A DNA stretch of 64,000 bases. Origin: Laetmonice hystrix. Lineage: Eukaryota. The stretch's first letter is position 1, and each line of letters opens with the position of its first letter. A program made the position numbers and the translations under genes. The DNA is taken from NCBI GenBank assembly GCA_965235115.1, contig OZ249436.1, forward strand, positions 62,744,001-62,808,000. The letters are read 5' to 3'. Below, one piece after another: positions 38,293 to 50,500 of this stretch. The notes beneath the pieces were generated by a model. That model was given only the letters and a program-made list of their open reading frames with translations, was not told where the DNA came from and searched no databases.

Positions 38293-38591
38293 TTACCTCT
38301 ATAGGGAGTTTCACTTGTGTCTTGCTCGATACCAGGAATCACATTAGACTGCAGTGGAAACCGGCCATGTAATGCTATGCATCCTCTGCTTTAATATCTC
38401 TAAATCCATCGGGATCATCACGTTTAGTTCCTATACCGTTTTATCTCTGGCCATCTTCAGATTTTTCTTTAAAATCAAAATCGTGTGGCTGCCAATCATG
38501 TATAAGATGTCTGGGCGACATTCAGTGGTTTTATAATCTAACTTGACCTGTTGCAGAATAAGGTGGGAATTCCGACTACATGTATACATAA

Positions 38592-38730
38592 AGCCCAATT
38601 TTTAAAAAAATTCGCAACTTGAGTACAGCTTATACTAAACTGGTTTGCTAAAGCAGACCAGCCAATCAGAAGCCTGTTAGTTAACTTAAGTAAGCTTTAC
38701 TCAAATTGAGAATTTTTGAAAAACTGGGCC
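38592..38730. mobile_element. Foldback MITE, 139 bp, PIF/Harbinger-like
   Basis: Left AGCCCAATTTTTAAAAAAATTC matches the reverse complement of the right end, GGCCCAGTTTTTCAAAAATTC. An inner arm pairs too (aacttgagtacagctt / aagctttactcaaatt). Flanks are TAA and AAA (an imperfect 3-bp TSD). Confidence 0.7.
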
Positions 38731-39819
38731 AAAACACAGTCGACCAGTGTTTGAATAGGAACAAAGGACATCAACTAAATACGGAGCACCTGTTTTTGGA
38801 CACGCCTATATACATGTACCATTCAAACTGATTAACATTAATGAACACATTTTTCTTCGTTCAAAATCTAAATATGCTCATAACACACTAGCCCAAAATG
38901 TTCCGAAACTCTGCATGATAGCATTAGCAGCTTGAAGGAATTCTCTTAATCATGTCCTTAGTTCAATATGCGCATTACCATTCTAATTACATATCATTAC
39001 ATGACCCCCGCCGTCCGCTGCTCGCCATTATACGGACCGCCGACAACAGACATCCCTTGCCCGTAACACCAACCCGGGGAGCCGCCGCCGCCGCCTGCTC
39101 CGGCACGCACGTTACCTGATGGAGGTACTCTTCACCGGTGCGTTTACCATTCCAGTCAATCTTGTAACCAGTCAGTGTTGCGCCTTACTGTCTGTCTGTG
39201 TGTCTGTCTGTCTGTAAAGGCCTTCACGCCTCTGCCGCGGGCTATGGGGACACATTCATGAGATGTTACCGATATTGCCCGCGCTGTTCCGTTATGCACT
39301 CGCTCACAATCACGTCAACTCCCTACCCCCACCTGTTAGAGGATAACGCTATAAAAGTGCTCAATGGAATGAGGACGAGGTGACATTCATATAGTTTTAC
39401 TCTCTCTCTCTCCCTCTCTCGCAGATGAACAATTGATTTTTTTTTTTTGGGGGGGGGGGGGATTCAGGGCAGTTTTCAAGCCTATAGCCCCTGAAAAAAA
39501 ACTCGCTCGATAAGCACACGGTCATTTATTAATATGAGTGTCAGTGTCATTATCAATATTAAGGGCATTGGTCTTCCTATAAAGTACACTGTGTTCCCCT
39601 ATGTGATCCTTATACAATGTAGTTTACTAATACTTTTTTGCGAACTTATACACAGTTCATTATTGGATCGTCTAAAAATTTAAAATTTGAATAGGTATAG
39701 GTTTGTTGAGGGGTATAAAGGGCACATTTACGGTAACTCTAATCCTTTTCATATTTGACCTGGATATTAAAGTGGATGTATTTGTAACTATGTCTCGACT
39801 ATTATGCTCAGAGGTCTGT

Positions 39820-39912
39820 TAGACGCTTGATGGAACGTTTAATACATCATAAGATTAAACACTTCTAATTCCTACAGGAAGGGCATTCCACGCCTTGTAA
39901 ATGGAGCGTTGT
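39820..39912 (-). mobile_element. 3' end of a CR1/L2-type LINE ORF2, decayed
   Basis: RSIYKAWNALPVGIRSV, then after a frameshift IKRSIKRL. This resembles the L2/CR1 C-terminal motif (R.F..WN.LP..IR...SL..FK..LK). WNALP lies at 39890-39876. Confidence 0.5.
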
Positions 39913-40105
39913 CGTCCGACTCGTGGGTGGCCGAGACCTAACTGACTGGAAACTGAAGGAGACTGCCACACAGACACAAAACGTTCATTAGGTCCTCCAC
40001 TTTTTAGTCCGTAGAGATTTTCTGAGCCCACTGGCACTTCTACCTTCTAGTTTACCCGCTAATATCAAAACGGTTCTTGTAAATAAAACAGCACTAATAG
40101 TCACC

Positions 40106-40308
40106 GGCCACAGAACAGGGCTTGGGGGAGGACTGGCAACAGAACAGGGCTTGGGGGGAGGACCGACCATAGAACTGGGCTTGGGGGAGGACTAGCCACA
40201 GAATAGGGCTTGGGGGAGGACTGGCCACAGAACAGGGCTTGGGAGAGGACCGACCACAGAATAGGGCTTGGGGGAGGACCGACCACAGAACAGGGCTTGG
40301 GGAGGACT
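40106..40308. repeat. Minisatellite A, ~7 copies of a ~29-bp unit
   Basis: Unit approximately GGCCACAGAACAGGGCTTGGGGGAGGACT, head to tail with point variants. Confidence 0.95.
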
Positions 40309-40320
40309 GGACATTAACAT

Positions 40321-41106
40321 CGACTAGAGGAGGTCCGGGCACTGACCACGACTGGAAGAGGTCCGGGCACTGACCACGGCTGGAGGAGGTCCGGGCACTG
40401 ACCACGACTGGAGGAGGTCCGGGCACTGACCACGACTGGAGGAGGTCCGGTCACTGATCACGGCTGAAGGAAGGACCGGACACAGACCACGGCTAGAGGA
40501 GGTACGGAAACTGATCAAGGCTGGAGGAGGTCAGGACATTGACCATGGCTGGAGGAGGTCCGGGCACTGACCACGACTGGAGGAGGTCCGGGTAATGATC
40601 ACGGCTGGAGGAGGTCCAGGCACTGATCACGGATGGAGGAGGTCCGTGCACTGATCACGTCAGGGGGAGGACCGGACACAGACCACGGCTAGAGGAGGTC
40701 CGGGCACTGACCACGACTGGAAGAGGTCAGGACACTGACCATGGCTGGAGGAGATCCGGGCACTGACCACGGCTGGAGGAGGTCCGGGCACTGACCACGA
40801 CTGGAGGAGGTCCGGGCACTGATCACGGCTGAAGGAAGGACCGGACACAGACCACGGCAAGAGGAGGTCCGGACACTGATCACGGCTGGAGGTCAGGACA
40901 CTGACCATGGCTAGAGGAGGTCCGGGCACTGATCACGGCTGGAGGTCCGGACACAGACCACGGCTAGAGGAGGTCCGGACACTGATCACGGCTGGAGGTC
41001 AGGACACTGACCATGGCTGGAGGAGGTCCGGGGACTGATCAGGGCTGGAGGGAGGACCGGACACAGACCACGGCTGCGACGAGGACAGGACACAGACCAC
41101 GGCTGC
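40321..41106. repeat. Minisatellite B, roughly 28 copies of a ~28-bp unit with 25-29-bp variant units
   Basis: Unit approximately CGACTGGAGGAGGTCCGGGCACTGACCA. Variant units such as GAAGGAAGGACCGGACACAGACCACGGCT and GGAGGTCAGGACACTGACCATGGCT recur. Confidence 0.95.
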
Positions 41107-44100
41107 AGGCAGAACCAGACAAAGACTATGGCTGGAGCGAGGACCGGCTCGTAGCATTCCTCCAGACCCCCAGGACGTATGTACCCTGCCAGTTATCATT
41201 AGACCAGCTCCAACTGCGGCCACTGCCGACCTCGACACGCTTTCTTGATGCTTCAACCTCATGACTCCCAAATCAGCTACAGAACCTTCCTGCCTCGTCT
41301 AATACATCCAGAATGTTTCACACAACCGTCTACTCTGTCCATTTACTGTGGTACTAAATGTAGTTTGTATCGGCGGTAGACCTGACATGAAGATGAAGGC
41401 CATGGTTGACTTCTCAGTCCAGTTTCACATCTGATGGTCTAGATGAATCAGGGAATGAAAACCTTTTACGGTTTCTTCCTCAGTGTTCGTTGGTGTAAGG
41501 TAAAGGGTTTGCGGGCTGCACAGTCCTATAATAAACATCTCTCGATTTCCCCCCTCCATCTTTTTCTCCTCATTAATATCGAGTTTGGACTGGCTGAATC
41601 TCTGTATTACTGCTCTAGTCTATCATTGATGGGATCATTAGTGTCTGATGGAATGGTTTCCATGGTAAATCTATAAAGAAATACAACGCAGCATCACTGA
41701 AGAGTCAGAAGTCAATCAACAAAACAGCGTGAGAAGTCAAACTATCACGTATCAATCCGCCCGTTGTGTCACTAAACACTAGTCCCGGATTGGCCTCCCC
41801 CAGGTGGTTCGTATTAGGACCGGCGGCCTAATAGGGACCTGTGGATGATAGGGTGGTGGTGGGGTGGTAGGGGGTTCAGCCCCCTGACTCTCGGGCCCCC
41901 AGACACAACAACCCTGCCACCCAGGCGGCCAGCCGGGCCACGGCTCCCTCGGCCGACCACCACTTCTGCACCCTGCTCCTCTACGGAATGAAATACTGCT
42001 GCATCAACCTTCATTTGGTGGGGGTACTTCCAACTTGGCTGACTGTCTGGAAACGTGATACAACCCGGTCCTTGCTATAAACATTTCAAATAAATGTCAA
42101 CCGGAATGGATTTTATGTTTCCAGGCTTAAATTCGATACATTCCTGCGATTCCCTCCCTCTATTTTTATACCCGATAATTCTTAGTTTTATGTTAAGGCC
42201 TTGTTGGGAGATACTAGCCCCCACAGTAGATTCTGCTCTTATGGAGGAAGTACAAGTGTTATAACTCGTTTGAATTAGATGAAACCCACACAGGGGTTCT
42301 TGGTCACGAAGTGAAGGGCATCAGCGACGTGTTGTAATGTGCCAACGAGCCGACCAATAATATCAGGTACTGAGGCCTAAGAAGAAGTCATCAAAACACT
42401 CAAGCTCGTCCTAGGTGGTAATGTGGAGGAAGTCTGGCTATTTTGGCGGGGCCGGATCACATAGGTGGGATGCCTGTCAGTGTGCCTGCTGGTAGTGAAG
42501 CGGCACACCCTGACTCACAAGTGGCACCCTTCTGCCGTTTCAGGCACATTGGTGATGCTCAACAACTCAAGACGGGCGGTGTGCCAACCCCAACTCCCGT
42601 CATGGGGGTGGAGGGCGGGGGCGGGGGCGCGCAGGGGGACTCAGGCAAGCAAGGCCACCAACTTAGGACTTCTCCTCCACAGTGGGGTCACGCTCGGGGT
42701 CAGTAGGCAAACTCCCTTATCCTAAACAGGCTCCTCCCTCCCCGACACCAACCCGGGCCCCGAGTCCTGACTCCCAGTTGGAGCTCATCGAAACAGTTGG
42801 GGGAAACGGCAAAACGAACAAAAACACGCTGCCTGGCAAGTTGTCGTCACACCACAACATGTAAACAATGCAACATGCCCATTGCTCTAAGTGATTTAGA
42901 TTGAAAACAGCTTTTAATGAGAACACAGGACCACCGTAATCGGGAGTGTATCTTTGCCCGGTAAAAGATGAGCAGAGAGTACTCGGTGCTCCCGCGGGGC
43001 TGGGCTCACTTACCACCCGTGTTGTTTTTGTGTGCTTGACATAAAGCCACAAGAGAGCGGCTGGTTCGGGTACAGCGAGCGGTGGATATCATAATATACC
43101 AGCTTCTCTCCGCTCTTCTCTCCATGCCAAGCTTCCCTGCCACAGTCAGCGAGCATTCTCTCAAAACGCAAGTGGTGGGGGGCGTAAGTGAGCCAGGGTG
43201 GGGGGTGCTTCCTTCACCCCGCTCATCTTCCCCCACCCCCTTTTCACGCCCGTCCAGCGTGCCGCCCGGGTGGGTGACCCCTTCCTCCGCCGGGCTGACC
43301 TTGTCAGACACGTGGCCCCCAGAAACCTAAAACCTGCATCTCTTCCCCGAGCCCCGCTGGCTCCCGGGGCCGCCTCGCCACTCCTCGGCTGGTTTCCATC
43401 AGGCTCGGGTCCTCGCGCTGGCAGCTACCTCCTTCTTTGTTACTCTTTGGCTGAAAGATCATCTCAACTTGTTGCCAGATTTCAACATGGTGCAACCAAC
43501 CCTCCGGGGTACTAGCGTGGCACCAAGTTGGCAAGCTCGTCAAGTAAACTGCATCTACTAACCTGCCAACAAACACAATCTCCTGAACAGTTGCCATATA
43601 TCGTGTTCCCCCCGCCCCTTGCCACTGTCCCTCACTCTCAACGGTTCCAGACGCTCCTATTGTTATGGTACAACGGGTGCACGCATGTATCAACTGCCAA
43701 GACGAAGGCACGAAATCACTTCCTCTTTGTAGCCCCAGCAGCAAATCTATTAACCTAATCTTTCAGAAAATCATTTGCCATTTCTAAGTCTTTTAAATCA
43801 AGTAGCCAGCAAGTGCTTTGAACAGGGAACATGGCTCTTGCCTGATTTTCATATAAGATGGTAGCTAGGTTTGAATCATGACAGGCGCTACTGACCACAT
43901 CTATGAGCAAGAAAAAGAGGCGTTTTCATTTTCTTCAAACTTCAAAGTTTCACAAGTGTAAACAATACTTTGTGAAATCGAACTGGACTCTTGGAACGGA
44001 TTTGAGATATGGAGTCTGACTGCGACCCTCGCACACTGGGTAAAAAGACCGAGGGCGTGTCGCTCGCGGTACCTTCCAACACTCCAGTCTCCGATCAACA

Positions 44101-47100
44101 CAGCCCCAGTGAACCCCTCACAACTGGCCACCACCCAAACCGCCGTGGCCACCCAGTCAAGGGCGAACAAGTACACCCGAGCGGCTCGAGTTGACACACG
44201 GGTCCCGCCATCCCCTACCATCCATTGTTGTCAACCTATATAGCTACAGATTCCCAGAATCGAGAGGCTCTAAACTGTGCAAAACACTTGGCTTACGATA
44301 TCATGAACAACAAATAAACAAAAAAGGAGGAAAAACGTGACAAAAAAAGAAAGAAAGAGAAGAAAGAACGTCTACTTGAAGAGAGACTCTTTGCTCAACT
44401 CTGTCTGGGCGAGCTTTGATGATGTCTTGGAACCCACTGATGGTGTTATTAAATTTTGTTTACTTCCAAATTTTGTTTACTTCCAAACAGAATTTCACAT
44501 ACAGAGACTTAGGGAGTTGCGCTATCAGCTTAAGAGGCAATGCATTTCTCAAAGGACATTCTACATAAATCTACATGAAAGAATGATAGACAATATAAAC
44601 GCATGCGATCGGTTCAAACCCTTAACCTAGTAATGTTCAATGTTGAAGGCAATAATAGGATGACTAGATCTGGTTATATAAGGGCAATCGATCAGGAGAG
44701 GTGTCCCTAAAGTCCGATGTACAGAATGCCACATCAGACTAGAGGCCTTCGTCTCTCTTACAAGTGAACGATCAAATGTATCAAATTTCGCATTGGAAGC
44801 AATTCTCCATACAAAATATATACCGTAATTCGCCTCGGAAAAGGGTGGATCCACTTTTACCTGCCAAACCGTACAGCCCCAGAGGTTCATGCTATATCCT
44901 AACCCGTTCCCTTCCGACATCTATTTAAGTGGTTCCTGGCCGATACTGGCCTACTGACCCTGCTTGTGGTCGCTGGGGGCAACAGCATGACACAAACAAT
45001 ACCCATAGGCATCTGCTCACCTCTTACAGCAGTCTCTACCACTGCATGGCCACAAACTGTTGATACGTGGGGAGGACGAGACATGAGACCGCTAACACAA
45101 ACCTCACCCCAGTTTACTTCACATGATTGATTGCTTTCTTTGGGAGTGAGTATATGACAGCATAACAACAACAGATACTTGGATTATACGCAAACCCAAT
45201 AAAAGGGAATTGGCTCCATTCCATATTAGTTGTATAAGAATCTATATTTCACGCTGAACCCATGACACGCTCACTGCCTCCATATACATGTACATGTGTA
45301 TGCCAAAATGTTATTTATTGATACATTAATATAAATTAAGTGCATTTTAACAGAATATGAAATATTTCACTGAATGAGTTTCAAGACATTCACCGATGTT
45401 TCTCACCCTGTTACACCGGTTGATAGGCAACGCCGAAAGCCTGTAATTTCAAATCACTGTCATTCTGTCAGCGCAGTTAGAGAGACTTCACAGGTAATTC
45501 TGTGAAATCACAGCCTTACTCGTGGTCTTATAACATGTAGTAGGAAACACTGTTTTGTTGATAGCAACAAACACGTCAATACTTATACAAATAAATAATT
45601 AACAGATATATCAATAATTTGTATACTCATTTGCTAATAATTATTCGGCTGATTAATCCTGACCACGGGGAATCTGTAGGTTACAGTTGAGAACATATGG
45701 TAATTAGTTCAAGTTGAACGTAAGCGCACTAGGAACAAAGCACTGGCATGAGCAGGCCAACTATGTAAGGCATGTCTTCAGGTGGTTGCTGTTTATAGGT
45801 CTTCAAATAGTGGTGTCCGCGATGAGTTCTGTAACCAAGGGAACTCTATTCATCGGCCGGCAGTCAATCATCACTGCAGCCCCCTATCCAATCCCTCCCC
45901 TACACCCTCCCACTCCCGCTCTTTCTCTGTCTCTACCTGCTCTACAATACAGAGTTCACATACAATGACTGCTCCCTCAGGGAACACCGGCAAAAATCAA
46001 TGCTCCCCGTGTCGGACGTAGCGTCATTGTGTCGGCAGAACACAAGCTCTTCCCCACGTGCCCCGCGGCCCTCCACCAAATGGTCGGAGCCATAATACAG
46101 CGGCGATATTAGCTATCTTACATTGCTTTTTAGTCAGTGAGACAGTTCCCAGAGGGTTCGAACAGTCACAGAAAGCACACTCGGAGAGGGAGACAGAGCG
46201 ACGACCAAGCCGCATCTTAGGTAGCGCGGTTTGTGGCTCTGGTGCAGCATTAATATGTCATGAATACTTTATCAGAGGCACTAATTGGCTTACCATTATA
46301 GACAGGCATGCTTCATCCGAGGGGTGCCGAGACGGCAATTAACAGCCCGTTTCCAGATTTGCACAATGCCACCCACAAAATACTTGTTATGAATCAGCTG
46401 TCAGACACACACATAAAAAACACCCTTCTAACTCGAGCACAAGCTGCTATGATTTTCAGGTGGGACGTGTGTCTGCACTGTATGCCATTGTGGAGGTGTG
46501 TGATATCCACTGGTACCTAAAAACTGCTGACATCATAAACGTTCAATCTAAATGATTTTGCTTTTCTCTCAAGACTTCAATATAAGGGAAAACTTCTAAA
46601 AATAATGACCTGAAGTAGCATCCTCCAATGATTCATCTACTTCTTTCAAATATTTTCAATGGCATCCCTTTTTTGGAATCCAGGCAAAACCATGATTTGA
46701 CCGTTCCTCTTACACAACTTTTCCCCTGCAGTGTCTGTCTGATGACGGGAACAAAGACGCCTCGTCAATGTCGACAAGTATTTCATTAAAATAAATTGTT
46801 ATTCTCAACCATACTTTCTACAATATTCTCTTTTATCGTGATATTTCTTGATCTACTCAAATATAACTCATTTTTTCAGATGAAAAGTTGTGCCCAACTA
46901 TCACCATAGAGTTGATTTCTTATTCTATCAAGAGACTATGTATGTTTTCTCACGTATTATCAAGTGAGGACGTGCTCCTTACTCCTTGTACCCGTTTAAA
47001 AAACAGCTACATTTATTTCTTTTCCGCAGACAACAAGTAATATATATATGTACGCAAATATTTGGACGCAAAAAGTCTATTTTTAGGAAAGCATTAACCT

Positions 47101-47397
47101 ACTCATGATGCTACATGGGTGCAGGACTTGCTTTCTCGCTGTCTACAAGATTGAACCTATTCACGGTGTGTGTATTCTATAACTGGTTGCACTAACCAGG
47201 AGAGCAACATGTGAATTCCTCCCGGACGGAATTATTTTCTGAGATGGCGTACGACTGCCATTCATTCTGACCTGTGAATAGTCCCATCTAGACACCAACC
47301 TCCCTATACTCCCAACGATAAGGCCCAGAGCGACACCGTAATCTCATCCCTCGTAACCTCTCTAAATCACTTGATCTCTGGCAGAACAACAACTTAC

Positions 47398-47511
47398 CGT
47401 CAGACATCCAATCAGTGCTCCTTCAAAGGGTTTCTGGAATGCGCGCGCATCGGAGCACCATTCCAAGAGTTCCCGCGCAGCGTTCTGGAAGCCGTTCGGC
47501 GTGCCCAGATG
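47398..47511 (-). CDS. zmiz1: ZMIZ1-family coding exon 2 ([38 protein letters not shown])
   Basis: 114 nt, phase 0-0, acceptor TACTTCTAG|, donor ACG|GTAAGT. It matches the recalled human [38 protein letters not shown] residue for residue in length. Confidence 0.97.
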
Positions 47512-50500
47512 CTAGAAGTATACAAAGAGCAGGTAGGTATAAAGTGACAGGTTTTACCTCGGTTAACCCAGGGCATTTAAACTTCATATATCTGCTTCAT
47601 ATCTTAAATATGTACACTTACTGTAAAAAACATGGCATAGAATGGAATGTTACCCCTAACTATATTCGTTCAAAAATAATCAAAACCGTTATATTCTCAT
47701 CTATGAAAATATAAACATAGAAGGAACAATACAATAATAATAATATTAAGTAGTATTAAGCAGTAAAGTAATGACACTGATTAGTCATCCTAGATATGAA
47801 TCATTTATCGCAAGAACATAATCGAATCAAACTATCCACAAGCAAGCAAGACAACCGACTTACCATAGTAAATCAAGACTTACAAATACGGGTTACTGGA
47901 TTAGAATGTCAGCTTTATACTCACCCAGGTGTTACTTATACCACAATACCTTCAACTTTACTTAGAAGGGTAGGTTCTATTCCCATATGTAGCAATTCCT
48001 TCAAATTTAGGGTATCTGCTTCTTCTTTTTTCATTACAAGTCATCTGACTGATTTTGCTGACCCTATTGCAGGTCATGTAACAAAAGAACAAAATTGGTT
48101 CCACCTATGGGAATCTATACCCGATCTATACCCGATTTCATACTTGTTATTATAACTGTTAACTTTCACGGAGAAAAAGTGGATAAAACAGGATAAGTTA
48201 ACAATGCGTTTGTAAATGTTACTAAAACCATCTGTACCAGAACTGTTTCACTAGATCACCGCTAATCTCTTAGAGCACTGAGAGTGATCACCGAGAAGCT
48301 ATGTTTCCACACCATGAAGCACAAAATCCGCCTGAGCACAGCTTACATGTCAAGGGTTTATGAAACATTAACCTCATCTCTCCGACACTGCCATGGTCGG
48401 CTGACTCTAAATGATTTATTAATTTTCTACAGCTCTTTACCCGTATTTAGGTCTCTTAAAGCATGTACGCCCCGCAATAGAAAAACTTGTAATATAAATT
48501 TCAAGGTTTCAACATTTGGAACATGTCTTACTCTATTTTGGGCCGAAATAATAGACATTTGCTCGGTGCAATATATTATTTTTGGCAGAAATAATACTAT
48601 TGGAACCAAATTTGTGGATATGCTGGTAGGACAAGGTCTATGCCTTTGAGCTTCTTAGACTGAATTTAGCATCCGTGTAAAGATCTCTACGAATATAATT
48701 AAATATTTCACTGTGATTAACAAGAATGGGAACACGATTCAGAATGAGTTAAAAAAAACTCCGACCAACCAACCAGTGTCGACCGGTCTGATCTGCTCTC
48801 CAAGCATCATCTTTTATAGCCTGGTCACGCTCTTCACTTAGAGGCCTCGTGTCATACTGGTAATTTCCTCCCATGTACATCCTCCGTTTTTATTTAGATG
48901 ATTTGCAGCTGAATGGCCGCCTTTGCTATGCTTGGGCGAGAGTAAGCCACTCCGGTTGTTTTTGCTGCCAACATGTCACCGTGAATCTTGGCCTATAAAA
49001 CCTGCTGAGAGCGCCCTCGCCGGTCAACTCGGCAAATGCTCTCCTCCAATTAAACCTTGTCATACTGGCCTGAGAATGGGAAGTACCTGGTCGGCATGTA
49101 ACGCTGGGCGTCAACGCGGTCGGCTACTCCTATTTAGTGTACGAGGCCAACATTTTATCAAACGTATGATGCCATTTCTAAAACAAGAATGTGGCACCTA
49201 TGTTTAAAAAAACGTGAAGGGAAAGCTGTAAAATTAGCGGGGGTACTTAATTTACACCCCTTCACCTATTTGTATCAGGGTCAGAGACTAAAATCCTGTT
49301 GACAGCCTGCGCTTTTATCAGACTTGGATAAACACAAGGATTTAACTCGACAAACAGCGAATACCTTATCACAATGTTCCTGTGGATAAAATAATACCCT
49401 TGACAAAGGCAAATTAGACCAAGTACACGAATGTAATACTTTGTACCCATGGAGGGTTATTTAAACAAAAGCGCTATTTAGTGTAATCAGGTAAAGGCCA
49501 TCATTCGAAACCTTTCACGGTGTGGCACGATACCACGAAACCACTCTGATTGCAGGAGACATCCTAGAGCTGCTGCACAATTCAGTTGTATACAGCAATG
49601 CTGTCAAACAGAGTTCTTCACACTCATGTATTTTACAAGCAAGGTCTCTTATTCAGGTCTTCTTAAGAACATCTGTGAAATTCCTATTGGTGACTATAGA
49701 CTTACGGTAGCATATGGTTTTCTGAATCAATGCGGGGGTGGGTGAGTGAGTGGGAGGTAGTATAGGGGCAACTCGTGTGCTTGTCAAGTATAAGTGACAC
49801 ACCACAACAGTTACGAGTTGGTCCGTGTTCCCAGTGTGGTGGGCGTTAGTGGATCAATATTAGGTTAAAGGTCAAGGTCGTGTAGCCGTCCAGGTCTCAT
49901 CCTTATTCCTACTACCTGCTTTATTAGTGTGAGGCCCCCTCTGTACCTTCTTTATCATATGATCCTATTATAACATTGATGTACAAGCAGACTGATGAAT
50001 GTGCATACAGACTTACGTAATATATTTTTACAGAGAAAGCCTGTCCTCAGCATGCAAGACTCGTCAAACAAAGGGACCGGTTGTAAAATTGAACTATTGT
50101 TCAAATCGAAGTGATGAGGAATAAAAAGGGCACTAGTTGTTGGCCATTGTTCAGCTTCTTTTTTTAAATCTTTCTGAAATAGTGCCAGGAACCTTACCTT
50201 TTACCTGCCTGTGCACACGTTGAGGTCATCACGACTGAGACCAAGCTCTTGAACAAGCTGCCTAGATCTGACCTTGGTTGTTAGCAGAAACCTGCATATC
50301 GAGCCGCTAATTCATTCACCCAAAGAACGAGGACGTCTAAACCTTACCATGTAACAATACCCCAAAACACAAGATGGAATAAATGACACACTTCCAGTCG
50401 GACATCTCAGGTTGATTTCCGTGACATCGCATGATGAATGAGGTATCACGCGTCCGTCACGTGTTCCTAGTAGTATCCCAGAGTTTCAACCCCTCCCCCT

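Larger units (their letters stand above)
30930..47397 (-). other. zmiz1: zmiz1 intron (16,468 nt, GT-AG)
   Basis: Bounded by the exon 2 donor and the exon 3 acceptor, with an in-frame junction LT|VV. Confidence 0.9.

Noticed and set aside
40106-41106. CRISPR array
   Set aside because: The units are contiguous with no unique spacers, there are no cas genes, and the context is a eukaryotic intron. These are minisatellites.
44452-44490. Short perfect tandem duplications (also 1786-1826, 20922-20955, 48106-48135)
   Set aside because: These 11-21-bp slippage duplications are common in introns and have no associated feature.
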